The notes beneath the pieces are model-generated. The model did not search any database. It saw only the letters and a program-made list of their open reading frames with translations, and was not told where the DNA came from. The translations under genes were made by a program, and so were the position numbers. Shown here in pieces: positions 34,720 through 42,807 of a stretch of DNA of 52,226 nt; positions within the stretch are counted from its first letter, which is position 1, and the number at the start of each line of letters is the position of its first letter. The DNA is taken from positions 1 through 52,226 of IMG/VR virus record IMGVR_UViG_3300028146_000004, one strand, 5' to 3'. This stretch comes from a virus (lineage: Duplodnaviria; Caudoviricetes).

Positions 34720-35090
34720 TGCCACCCAAAGTAGGTTCCCCTCAACGTGGCGGGTGGCCACACAAGCACCCTAGCCTGAACTGCTACAAGAACCATAAGT
34801 GTCGGTGTGCTGCCTGTAAGGCATTACAGGCAAAGGCAAATGTCGACGCGCGTAGGAAGCGTCGCGAGCGGCAGGCGCAGGGCAAGCATCCGCTACCACC
34901 AAAGTCCGTCAATGCTCAAAAGGCACCCCGCGAGAAGGGTGTTAAGCTCTCGCCAACCGAAGTAGAAAGCCTACGTCGAATGGTGGGCTACGACCCTAAC
35001 AAGGACTACAGACACGAGGACCAACTTGAGACCTGGAAGGAAAAGAAGAGAGTCAAGCACTACGCTAGGCTAACGGTGAAGTCTAACTAA
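34719..35090 (+). CDS. Basic Zn-binding protein
   Basis: H...Y--HKCRC--C motif. Confidence 0.65.
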   Translation: MPPKVGSPQRGGWPHKHPSLNCYKNHKCRCAACKALQAKANVDARRKRRERQAQGKHPLPPKSVNAQKAPREKGVKLSPTEVESLRRMVGYDPNKDYRHEDQLETWKEKKRVKHYARLTVKSN

Positions 35091-35176
35091 GGTCTAACCT
35101 ATCTAGACCTTAAAGAGACAAGAGGAATCTACCGCCTAAGTAGAAAGCCATGCAGTTTCGTCTAACTAGAGTCTAG
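35081..35176 (-). repeat. Six-box TTAGAC element C
   Basis: Boxes at 35081, 35092, 35103, 35114, then a 40-bp spacer, then 35160, 35171. Confidence 0.85.
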
Positions 35177-35231
35177 CCGTCGGACGTATCTCACATCCCA
35201 CAGAGCGGCTAAAGTCGATGGAGGTGCTCAG

Positions 35232-35441
35232 TTGAAGGTACTTGCACGTACATGGAACAAGAACGCATCAGGCGTGCTCTGGGAAGCACTCTGGTTCTAT
35301 CAGGAAGGTGCGTCGTTCGGACGACGCTTGATCGCTCCTGGTGTGTACGCTCCAGACACCATCTTTGAGAACGAAGAGAACTTCTGGGCCGCCTACGAAA
35401 GCGAGCGGCAGCAGTTCTTCGGAGAGAGGATCAATGGATAA
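35232..35441 (+). CDS. Hypothetical protein
   Basis: GGAGG RBS. Confidence 0.6.
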   Translation: MKVLARTWNKNASGVLWEALWFYQEGASFGRRLIAPGVYAPDTIFENEENFWAAYESERQQFFGERING

Positions 35442-35985
35442 CTACAAGGTCACGATCGGCGTGGACCCTGGTGGTACCACCGGCCTTGCTGCATACTACT
35501 ACGAGCTGCAGCAGTGGTACAGAACCCAGATATCGAACTGCGATACCCGTGAAGGCCTTCGGCGTGTCACCAGCATGATCCACGGCATCTACCGGCGCTG
35601 CGAGCCGTTCCTCGCCAAGCCGACTGTCCACATCCTCTGCGAGCAGTTCGACTTCCGGAAAGACGAACAGTTCCGCGACAAGATCGATTACACTGCGCGC
35701 GAGGTGATCGGCGTCCTGAAGTACGAGTTCGGCTTCGTGGACTTCGTACGCCTTGACTTCACGGGCGCTTCCCTCGGCAAAGGCTTCTGGACGGATGACA
35801 AGATTCGCCGTCTGGGCCTGTGGGAGCCTGGAAACAAGCACGCGATGGACGCGACCCGCCACGTGCTCCGCTACCGTACGTTCGAGCGCAACGAACGGGA
35901 CCTGCTTCGACCACTTCGTATGACACAGCTCGACGACTACCGCGAGCACGTACCGATCGACGAAGTAAGGACGGACCTAGTATGA
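35434..35985 (+). CDS. RuvC-like Holliday junction resolvase
   Basis: IGVDPGGTTGLA, CEQF and HAMDA-RH. Confidence 0.8.
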   Translation: MDNYKVTIGVDPGGTTGLAAYYYELQQWYRTQISNCDTREGLRRVTSMIHGIYRRCEPFLAKPTVHILCEQFDFRKDEQFRDKIDYTAREVIGVLKYEFGFVDFVRLDFTGASLGKGFWTDDKIRRLGLWEPGNKHAMDATRHVLRYRTFERNERDLLRPLRMTQLDDYREHVPIDEVRTDLV

Positions 35986-36263
35986 GTGACTGGCGCGAGA
36001 ACGCTGCGGACCCGGCAGGGCTGGACGCGGCGATCGAGGCGGCCGAGCAGACGTTCGCCGCGAAGTCGCCACCCGGCCGCGTTGGTGGCGAGGAACTGGT
36101 TGCGCTGGCCGCCGCCATCCGCGCTGCCGCTCCCCACCTCCGGGCGGCGGCACTGAACGAGGCGGCGGACGAGATCGACCGGATGCCGCCCTTGGGCATG
36201 GGCATCGTCGGCAAGGTCTCCGGGTGGCTCCGCGTGCGGGCCGGGCGGGAGGCGACGTCGTGA
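35982..36263 (+). CDS. Ala-rich hypothetical protein
   Basis: ATGA overlap; visibly more GC-rich than its neighbours. Confidence 0.5.
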   Translation: MSDWRENAADPAGLDAAIEAAEQTFAAKSPPGRVGGEELVALAAAIRAAAPHLRAAALNEAADEIDRMPPLGMGIVGKVSGWLRVRAGREATS

Positions 36264-36277
36264 CCGACGAGTAAGGC

Positions 36278-36322
36278 GCTGGCCCGCTACCGGAGGAGGG
36301 TGAGTCCAGGTAGCGGGCCAGC
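36278..36322. terminator. Hairpin terminator between convergent operons
   Basis: 14-bp stem GCTGGCCCGCTACC/GGTAGCGGGCCAGC. Confidence 0.75.
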
Positions 36323-36350
36323 TGTCTATATATGGTTCTAGAAACGGATA

Positions 36351-36707
36351 TTAGCTTTGGCTCTCCTCCCTTCTATGTTGTCCCTCACGCTTCCGTACTG
36401 GCTCAATGAGGTCGACAGGCTTCTGCTGGGCAATGCTTAGGAGCCTAATAGGCCACCAGGTCTGAGCCACGTATGCCAGGTACAAAGCTAGGGATACCAC
36501 CTTCCTACCTGGCCAGTCTCCAAAGATCTGGTTGGCAATGATCAGCAGGAACAAGGCGGCTAGATTACTATATACCACCACGAAGAATCTACCTGCGTAA
36601 GTATCTCGCCACCGCCCCCCTGACAGAACCCAGTAACGGGTAACAAAGGTCAGACAACCCACCAATCCCATTATTGTCACCAGCAGTGACAGCATCCTGT
36701 AGATCAT
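36351..36707 (-). CDS. Three-TM holin-like membrane protein
   Basis: Three hydrophobic helices with a W-----GR motif. Confidence 0.7.
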   Translation of the reverse strand: MIYRMLSLLVTIMGLVGCLTFVTRYWVLSGGRWRDTYAGRFFVVVYSNLAALFLLIIANQIFGDWPGRKVVSLALYLAYVAQTWWPIRLLSIAQQKPVDLIEPVRKREGQHRREESQS

Positions 36708-36892
36708 CTTGGCCGCACCCCTAATGCTCTCATTATCATTGGTGCGAGGTTGTTCTCACGCATGATTCGGTCTGCACGTCTCTGCAGCTTATCCACACGT
36801 GCGTCATCTGCCTCGATAGCCTCGAGCCGCTCCACTATTTCAGCGGCGTGCTGTTGCGGCTCAGGCCTGCTCCAGGGCAGCTTCCATCTCAT
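36704..36892 (-). CDS. Small lysis-cassette protein
   Basis: Coupled between two membrane-protein genes. Confidence 0.65.
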   Translation of the reverse strand: MRWKLPWSRPEPQQHAAEIVERLEAIEADDARVDKLQRRADRIMRENNLAPMIMRALGVRPR

Positions 36893-37164
36893 GATGTTCG
36901 CCTCGCCTCTGCAGCGCGAACTCCGTTCGCCTGAGTTTTCAATTCTTCGATCGTGCGGACTGCCACTTCGACAGATGCTATGAGTTTGTCAAATTGCTCA
37001 TCGCGTTTGTCGAGGGCCTTACGAAGGTTCGCAATCAGCTCATCTTTGTCCTTGATACGTTGAATGTGCATCCAGCGTGGTACTAGGTAGCCTAGAGCTA
37101 TGGCAATAACGAACAGAGCAACCAGCGAGCTCGGTCCGTAGTTACCTAGCTCCACGCCAAACAT
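36889..37164 (-). CDS. TM plus coiled-coil protein (lysis cassette)
   Basis: N-terminal TM, G-LVP motif, coiled coil. Confidence 0.7.
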   Translation of the reverse strand: MFGVELGNYGPSSLVALFVIAIALGYLVPRWMHIQRIKDKDELIANLRKALDKRDEQFDKLIASVEVAVRTIEELKTQANGVRAAEARRTS

Positions 37165-37173
37165 GCTTCCCCC

Positions 37174-37884
37174 TTAAAGTGCTATGACCGCTAGACCTCT
37201 GCGGAAGAAGTCTGTATTCGAAGCTGCTGTCGAAGACCTACGATACTTCATGGTGATCGTAGTAGCTCCAGGTGTCAGCCCGGTAAAGGTGGCTGAGGCC
37301 GTTATGGTGATGATGTTCGTGAAGGTGTCAGTACCAGCACTGACGATCATGTTCTGAGTCCAGATGCCAACCAGCGGGTCGTTTGCGTCGACAGGGCTTC
37401 TAGTGTTGGCACCAGACATGGCAACGTTGATCACACCACCCTGCGTAACGTTAGCTCCTGTGGAACTCAGGTACTGCATCTGCGCCGTAGCGAATACAAG
37501 AATCCTACCACTAGACCTGACAGGAACAGTAACCTGAGGGCCAATGGTAGTGAGGTCCTGGTAAGACGTGCTTGTGGCTGTCTCACCAGTTTGAATGAAG
37601 TCGCTGTACACGTATGGCACTTGGTGGAAGCCGGCGCCGCTGGACTCGAGAACTCCAAGTCCGTAGGAACCATCAGCTTGCTTGCCGAGCAGAACTTGAA
37701 CGACACCATTCGGGTCGGTTACTCGGATGGCGCCGCCCTTGACGGTAAGACCGCCTGCGTCGATCGAAGCATTCTGCAGTCGTGGAGATTGTTCGAGAAT
37801 CGCAACACGCCTCTGTAGGTCTGCAATGACCTGATCGATTGGCGCCGCGCCGGTATTGTACTTGTCATCAGCCATCTGACTCAC
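37174..37884 (-). CDS. Minor tail/fibre protein
   Basis: N-terminal coiled coil, beta-rich C-terminus; follows the Tal-like gene. Confidence 0.7.
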   Translation of the reverse strand: MSQMADDKYNTGAAPIDQVIADLQRRVAILEQSPRLQNASIDAGGLTVKGGAIRVTDPNGVVQVLLGKQADGSYGLGVLESSGAGFHQVPYVYSDFIQTGETATSTSYQDLTTIGPQVTVPVRSSGRILVFATAQMQYLSSTGANVTQGGVINVAMSGANTRSPVDANDPLVGIWTQNMIVSAGTDTFTNIITITASATFTGLTPGATTITMKYRRSSTAASNTDFFRRGLAVIAL

Positions 37885-37886
37885 CC

Positions 37887-38978
37887 TCAGACATCTGGAT
37901 CACCTTCAAAGACTAGGTCCGCTTCCTCCGTGTTGTCAGACGCCTGCGGCGTGAGGCTCCACTTCAAGAGCCGCTTGTAGCCGGAGAAACCATTGCCAGG
38001 CCAACGCGGATCCTTGATGACAACTCGACAAGTGTCACCAAGATTGTAGCTTCCGAACTCTGGAGTCAGGTTGCCTTTGACGGTAACCTTAATCACAGCA
38101 ATCGGAGGCCGCTTGATCTGTGATTGCTGCCGTGCAATTCCTTGAATCTGCGTAAGGTCGTCGAGGTCCTTACGAGACACTACTTGGTCATAGCGGGGGA
38201 AGCCTCCAGCCACAAGGTCAGTAGCGACAACCTCCGACACGAGCATGTCAGAGCCCTCACCGTTACCCATGACGAAGACGTTAGTACCTGCATCCGACAT
38301 GTACTCGGTCAAGTAGTACTGGGTGATGTTTCCTGGGTACTCAAACACATTCATGCCAGGCGACTGACCAACACCCAGTGTAGGATACCCTATGACCAGG
38401 TTCTTCTGGTAGTAGGTACCGGTCTTGGATACGCCAATGTACCAGTCGAATCCATCCACAGCGTCAGCGAGTCCTGACATGATGCCGTCGTAGTACTTGA
38501 AGTCGGTCGCGAGGACCGAAACATTCTTGGGCACCACCGTCGTGAATGCTCCAGGCACGATGACGTTGACGTTACTGTTGCCTGTATCAGACTGCATCTG
38601 AGTCCACAGCGAGGAGAAGATGTTACGCTGCTCCACTGCTGTGAACGTCGTGTCTTGACGAATGAGACGCTGCTTCGGGTACTGTTCGAAGCTAAGCGCA
38701 AACAACTGGACGGACTTGGACTGAGCTGAGTAGACACGGCTCCAGATGAATCCGTGCCAGATAGCAATCCCGTTACGCTCGACTGCAATCCAACAGCGCC
38801 CTGGTATGGACGCTGCAAGTAGGTCGGAGTTTTGCATACCGGTTTGGTCCAACTGGAACGTACCTTGCCACTGCCCGCCCTTGTTCATCTGCATGTCCAT
38901 GGTAACGCCGTAGCAAGCAATCTCTGCGAGTTGCTGCTCGCCGCCCATGGTGCCAAAGACGTAGCGGTAGTCGGTCAT
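37887..38978 (-). CDS. Minor tail protein (ReqiPepy6 gp37-like baseplate hub)
   Basis: W-G-IW-R, GNGEG and LGD---V-I-D-RW motifs. Confidence 0.75.
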   Translation of the reverse strand: MTDYRYVFGTMGGEQQLAEIACYGVTMDMQMNKGGQWQGTFQLDQTGMQNSDLLAASIPGRCWIAVERNGIAIWHGFIWSRVYSAQSKSVQLFALSFEQYPKQRLIRQDTTFTAVEQRNIFSSLWTQMQSDTGNSNVNVIVPGAFTTVVPKNVSVLATDFKYYDGIMSGLADAVDGFDWYIGVSKTGTYYQKNLVIGYPTLGVGQSPGMNVFEYPGNITQYYLTEYMSDAGTNVFVMGNGEGSDMLVSEVVATDLVAGGFPRYDQVVSRKDLDDLTQIQGIARQQSQIKRPPIAVIKVTVKGNLTPEFGSYNLGDTCRVVIKDPRWPGNGFSGYKRLLKWSLTPQASDNTEEADLVFEGDPDV

Positions 38979-39943
38979 GAGGTCTCAGTCGCCGCCGGCG
39001 TAGCAGGTCCAGACGTACCACTTCCTGAGCCCGTCACAGAGACGCTCACACTGTGCGTGTGGGCTACGAGCCCACCAGCCGGCGGCGTGAGCGCGGCGAT
39101 CATCGCCTTGATCTCGTCGAGTGCGACGAGCGCCTTGTCAGCTTTCTCGTTCGCGTTGTGCGCCGCTTCCCACGCGAAGGCTAGGGCGGTGTCGCGCTGC
39201 TGGCCAACGAAGCCCGCGTTGCCCTGCGTCAGTGCCCACGTGTTCGCGCCCGGTGAGGCGGCCCATTCCTCGGTACCCATGTCTCCTCCTAGTGCTGTCT
39301 TGAGATCGTCGAGCGAGCCCCGGAAGGCGTTCGCGTCGCTTGTTGTCTGTCCTGCGATCGTTGTGTTCGACCCGTACTGCAGGAAGAACACCGACTTGCT
39401 AACTGATGGCGACCATCGTGAGGACTGATCACCAGGGTAGACGCTCGGGTAGTGGCCCGAAGGATTGCTGCCGTAGTCCGATTGCCACCATCCGACTTCT
39501 TGTCCTGACAACGCAGCTCCATACACCCACTTTGGAGAATATCCAAAGCTTCGTGGCAAAGGGATCTTTCCCCCAGAAAGATCCGCCACGCGGTGGTGGA
39601 ACTCATTGATCTGGGCAATCGACGGAACCGTCTGGCCGCTGTAGAACGGTTCGTTGTCCGACTGACAGATGAAGTACGGGAAGTCTCGCCACCAAGGAAT
39701 GCGGGCATCCATCATCTGGATGTACCACGCTGCTTGGTTCCCGATCGACCGGTTGCCCCAGAGGACGTGGTACGTTCCGAGGATCTCACAGCCGAAGCCC
39801 TTCATTGCATTGAGCTTAGCTGCGGCTGTGGGATTCTCGTAGTAGTGGTCGCCGTCCGTGATCTTGCACGTGAAGAACGACAGGCCGTCGAGACTCGCTG
39901 GAGTGTCGTCGTGTGACGACGTATCCCATCCGAAGACCGTCAT
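38975..39943 (-). CDS. Endolysin, GH25-like muramidase
   Basis: GWDTS-H, KITDG, GTYH, D-E, LQY-S and DAN-F-GS. Confidence 0.8.
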   Translation of the reverse strand: MTVFGWDTSSHDDTPASLDGLSFFTCKITDGDHYYENPTAAAKLNAMKGFGCEILGTYHVLWGNRSIGNQAAWYIQMMDARIPWWRDFPYFICQSDNEPFYSGQTVPSIAQINEFHHRVADLSGGKIPLPRSFGYSPKWVYGAALSGQEVGWWQSDYGSNPSGHYPSVYPGDQSSRWSPSVSKSVFFLQYGSNTTIAGQTTSDANAFRGSLDDLKTALGGDMGTEEWAASPGANTWALTQGNAGFVGQQRDTALAFAWEAAHNANEKADKALVALDEIKAMIAALTPPAGGLVAHTHSVSVSVTGSGSGTSGPATPAATETS

Positions 39944-40164
39944 GTCGTAGCCCCTGGAAAGACGTAACCCGCGATCGGCTCTACGTGCCGGCGGCCACCA
40001 TGTTGTACGTAGCTACAGTCGGTACAGTTGAAGTAGTGACCGTTGGGATCGTTCGCCTCGTCTTCAGGAACTAGTACGTCGTTCTCTTCGTCGTACGTGC
40101 CCCGGCCGGCAGCAACGCACAAAGCGTCATCGTCGCCAGTAAGCACAATATGATACTTGGCCAT
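39940..40164 (-). CDS. Small Cys/His protein
   Basis: GGAGG RBS; ATGA overlap with the lysin gene. Confidence 0.6.
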   Translation of the reverse strand: MAKYHIVLTGDDDALCVAAGRGTYDEENDVLVPEDEANDPNGHYFNCTDCSYVQHGGRRHVEPIAGYVFPGATT

Positions 40165-40173
40165 GCCTCCCCC

Positions 40174-41292
40174 TTACAAGATGGTACCCAAGCCCGTACC
40201 AGGGTCAGTGCCTAGATCTGTGATCATGAAGTTTACAGGGTTAGTTGCCGTACCTGTAAAGTTAGCCGTGCCTGTGCCACCTGTAATCGCAACTGAGAAC
40301 AGTGCGGACAGAGACTGGTTAGCTCCTGGCACGTAGATACCGGCCAGAGGCGTTCCTTGGTATGGCGCAAACGAGGTCGAGACCTCATCGCCTGATTCAG
40401 CAATCTGCGTAGAACCCGTAGTCGCCGTACCTGCCGAGTTAACCCGAAGACGTCCTGCAACGCTCAGGTTCGCAGCACCGCCAGTGAAGTTCATACCATG
40501 TACCTGTAGCAGGTAGATGTTACCGTTGATGACAGGAACATTGTCCAAGCGGAGGACGCCGATCTCAGCACCCGTTGAGCTGTACGTAGTAGTACGCTGG
40601 ACACGTGCGATGACACCCTTCGGGCCGATCTTCTTCCAGGTCGTACCACCATCGTCGGTCTGCAGGATGCTCGTAGAGTCCGTCTCGTAGATGAGCTGAC
40701 CAGCGTTGACCGTACCTGCTGCTGGGCGCGTAGTGCTGGTACAGACGATCACACCACCCGTAGCTGCCAGATACGTACGCTTGTCCGTGATCTCGTTGTT
40801 GGTGATCGACGTGTCGTTGGCTACGATCGACACCTGCGCCAAGACGATTGAGTTGTTGGGAGCCGCTGGTGCCGAAGGCGAGGCAGCGGGAGTACCTGCA
40901 ACGACGACCAACGAGCTCGCATTGACTGAGCCTGAGTAGGCCTGATCCTGAACCTGGAAGCACACGATGTCAATGCGGTTCAAGGTAGGACTCGAAGCTC
41001 CAATGCTCAGCGTCACGTCAGCGTCGTTGAGGCAGCTGTAGACGCCCTGCTTAGTCCCTTCAGATCCAGGAACTGCAGCTGCTCCGGACTTGACGATTAC
41101 TGCCATCGACGGCGAGCCAGTCTGAGTGACCACCAAGGCGTTGCCAAGTCCTGGGTGCACACCTCCCCGAGCTACTAGGGAAGTGCTACCAGTCTTGCCA
41201 GCTACAAGCAACCCGTGCCAATCACGGAACTGCTCCGCTGTATGCGTCGCACCGGCGTTCTGGAGGAAGCCAGGTGGGTTGATAGCGGCCAT
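40174..41292 (-). CDS. Minor tail protein
   Basis: RID-V...GTPA-SP-AP--P---I-LA...ITD-R motif, typical of actinophage minor tail proteins. Confidence 0.8.
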   Translation of the reverse strand: MAAINPPGFLQNAGATHTAEQFRDWHGLLVAGKTGSTSLVARGGVHPGLGNALVVTQTGSPSMAVIVKSGAAAVPGSEGTKQGVYSCLNDADVTLSIGASSPTLNRIDIVCFQVQDQAYSGSVNASSLVVVAGTPAASPSAPAAPNNSIVLAQVSIVANDTSITNNEITDKRTYLAATGGVIVCTSTTRPAAGTVNAGQLIYETDSTSILQTDDGGTTWKKIGPKGVIARVQRTTTYSSTGAEIGVLRLDNVPVINGNIYLLQVHGMNFTGGAANLSVAGRLRVNSAGTATTGSTQIAESGDEVSTSFAPYQGTPLAGIYVPGANQSLSALFSVAITGGTGTANFTGTATNPVNFMITDLGTDPGTGLGTIL

Positions 41293-41295
41293 AGT

Positions 41296-42807
41296 CTACC
41301 TCCAAGCCGATCTGTACGAAACGGTTAGCTGAGTCGTTCCTGGTGTGCCACTAGCTGCACCGAACGCAATGTTGTTCACACCAGGGTTAAGGAAGAACCA
41401 GTTTGGCGCCTGTAACGTATTTCGCCTATTGATGTTACCATTCAGGTACACCGTCTTGTCGCGTGTGTTGACGGTTAGCGTATCACTTGCTGACAGTGAC
41501 GTGATGAACAGCATGCTCTGACCGGTCGTAGTGTTCGTTACGATCGGATTGTCACACGGCCCCTGAATGACGTACTGTACAGGCGTAGGACGGTTACCTA
41601 TGTTGGTCAGGTTAAATGAGGTACCCGGAAGCGCTCCGCCGCCAAAGTCTACGTTGAACCCGATACCCTCATCTTGCTCGGCCTGATCCCAGGATAGGAT
41701 AGGTGCCACGTTCGTGTTGCCCGCATTGCGGACTGCATTGATCTTAAATCCGCCAGCAGCTGTAACAGCACCATCGAATGCTTCGACGTTGAAGGCTGCA
41801 GGCTCAGCCGTACCCTGTGCCCAAACCTTAGCACGGAACGCGCTTGTCGTTGCTACGCCCTGACCCTGCTCAAGCTCGACACGAACGTTGATCAGCGAGG
41901 CTGCCGTCAATCCACCAACAGTAGTCGCAGCGACGAGAGAAGAGTTGACGCTTGCCACCGTCTTGCTCAAAGCTATCTGAATCGTGTTCGAGGTCGTCCA
42001 GATGAGCTCGGCCCGGTAGTAGTTGCTCGCGTCCACTGCACGTACGTCAAGCAGCGCAGAGATGCTACCGCCCGTAGGTGTAGCAGATAGGAACAGGCCC
42101 TGAACGTACGCGTAGTGGTTTACTACAGCCGTCACGTTAGGCTGTGCTGTGTATACCGTCGTGGTAGACGCGTTGAGAGTGATCTTGGCCTTAGTACCGT
42201 CAGTGGAGAAGTCTGCCGCTGTGCCTGTCAAGGTGTAGGTGTGACCAGTGTCTGCGGTACCCAAGCCGCTCGCCGTGACACGAGAATACGTGTCACGGAA
42301 CGTAACGAAGTTCAACCCGTTGCCAGCTACGCCACCGTAGGCAATGATCGTCGAGGTCAGGTTCGCATCGTAGATTCGAGGGTCCTCGGCATACAAAGCG
42401 CACTGCATGCTTGTGCACCCAATACGTCGAGCTGTGTCCCAATCGTAGTGAACACCTCGAGGCTTAACGAAGAGCAGCCTCTCTGCTACTGAGCCCGGAC
42501 GGAAGTAGAATGGGATCGGTGATTGCACCGGCGCGTAGTTCGCCTTGAGGCTATCGAGGTATCCTTCGATGTTCGACGTGTCGCCATACACCATCCCCTC
42601 GACGATGATGTCGCGGCCCTTCTCGAGCTCGGCGTCGATAAAGCTACCGTCTGCTCCTTCGTGGTCGCGCACTGTCTCTCGATACGGAGCATTGTCCAGT
42701 CCTGACACGCGCGATACGTCGAAGTACGGCGGCAGCGACGTGAGCACACCAAGCCGGACTCCAGTGTCATTCAACTGGAACTCGTACTCGTTAAGTCCTA
42801 TGGCCAC
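41296..42807 (-). CDS. Distal tail protein with an inserted beta-sandwich domain
   Basis: Directly after the tape measure gene; DPR-Y and N-GN-PT...L-PG-N...Y-SAW halves flank a long insert. Confidence 0.75.
   Translation of the reverse strand: MAIGLNEYEFQLNDTGVRLGVLTSLPPYFDVSRVSGLDNAPYRETVRDHEGADGSFIDAELEKGRDIIVEGMVYGDTSNIEGYLDSLKANYAPVQSPIPFYFRPGSVAERLLFVKPRGVHYDWDTARRIGCTSMQCALYAEDPRIYDANLTSTIIAYGGVAGNGLNFVTFRDTYSRVTASGLGTADTGHTYTLTGTAADFSTDGTKAKITLNASTTTVYTAQPNVTAVVNHYAYVQGLFLSATPTGGSISALLDVRAVDASNYYRAELIWTTSNTIQIALSKTVASVNSSLVAATTVGGLTAASLINVRVELEQGQGVATTSAFRAKVWAQGTAEPAAFNVEAFDGAVTAAGGFKINAVRNAGNTNVAPILSWDQAEQDEGIGFNVDFGGGALPGTSFNLTNIGNRPTPVQYVIQGPCDNPIVTNTTTGQSMLFITSLSASDTLTVNTRDKTVYLNGNINRRNTLQAPNWFFLNPGVNNIAFGAASGTPGTTQLTVSYRSAWR

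Noticed and set aside
35982-36263. GC-rich ORF as a mobile element
   Set aside because: Composition hints at recent acquisition, but there are no flanking repeats or mobility genes
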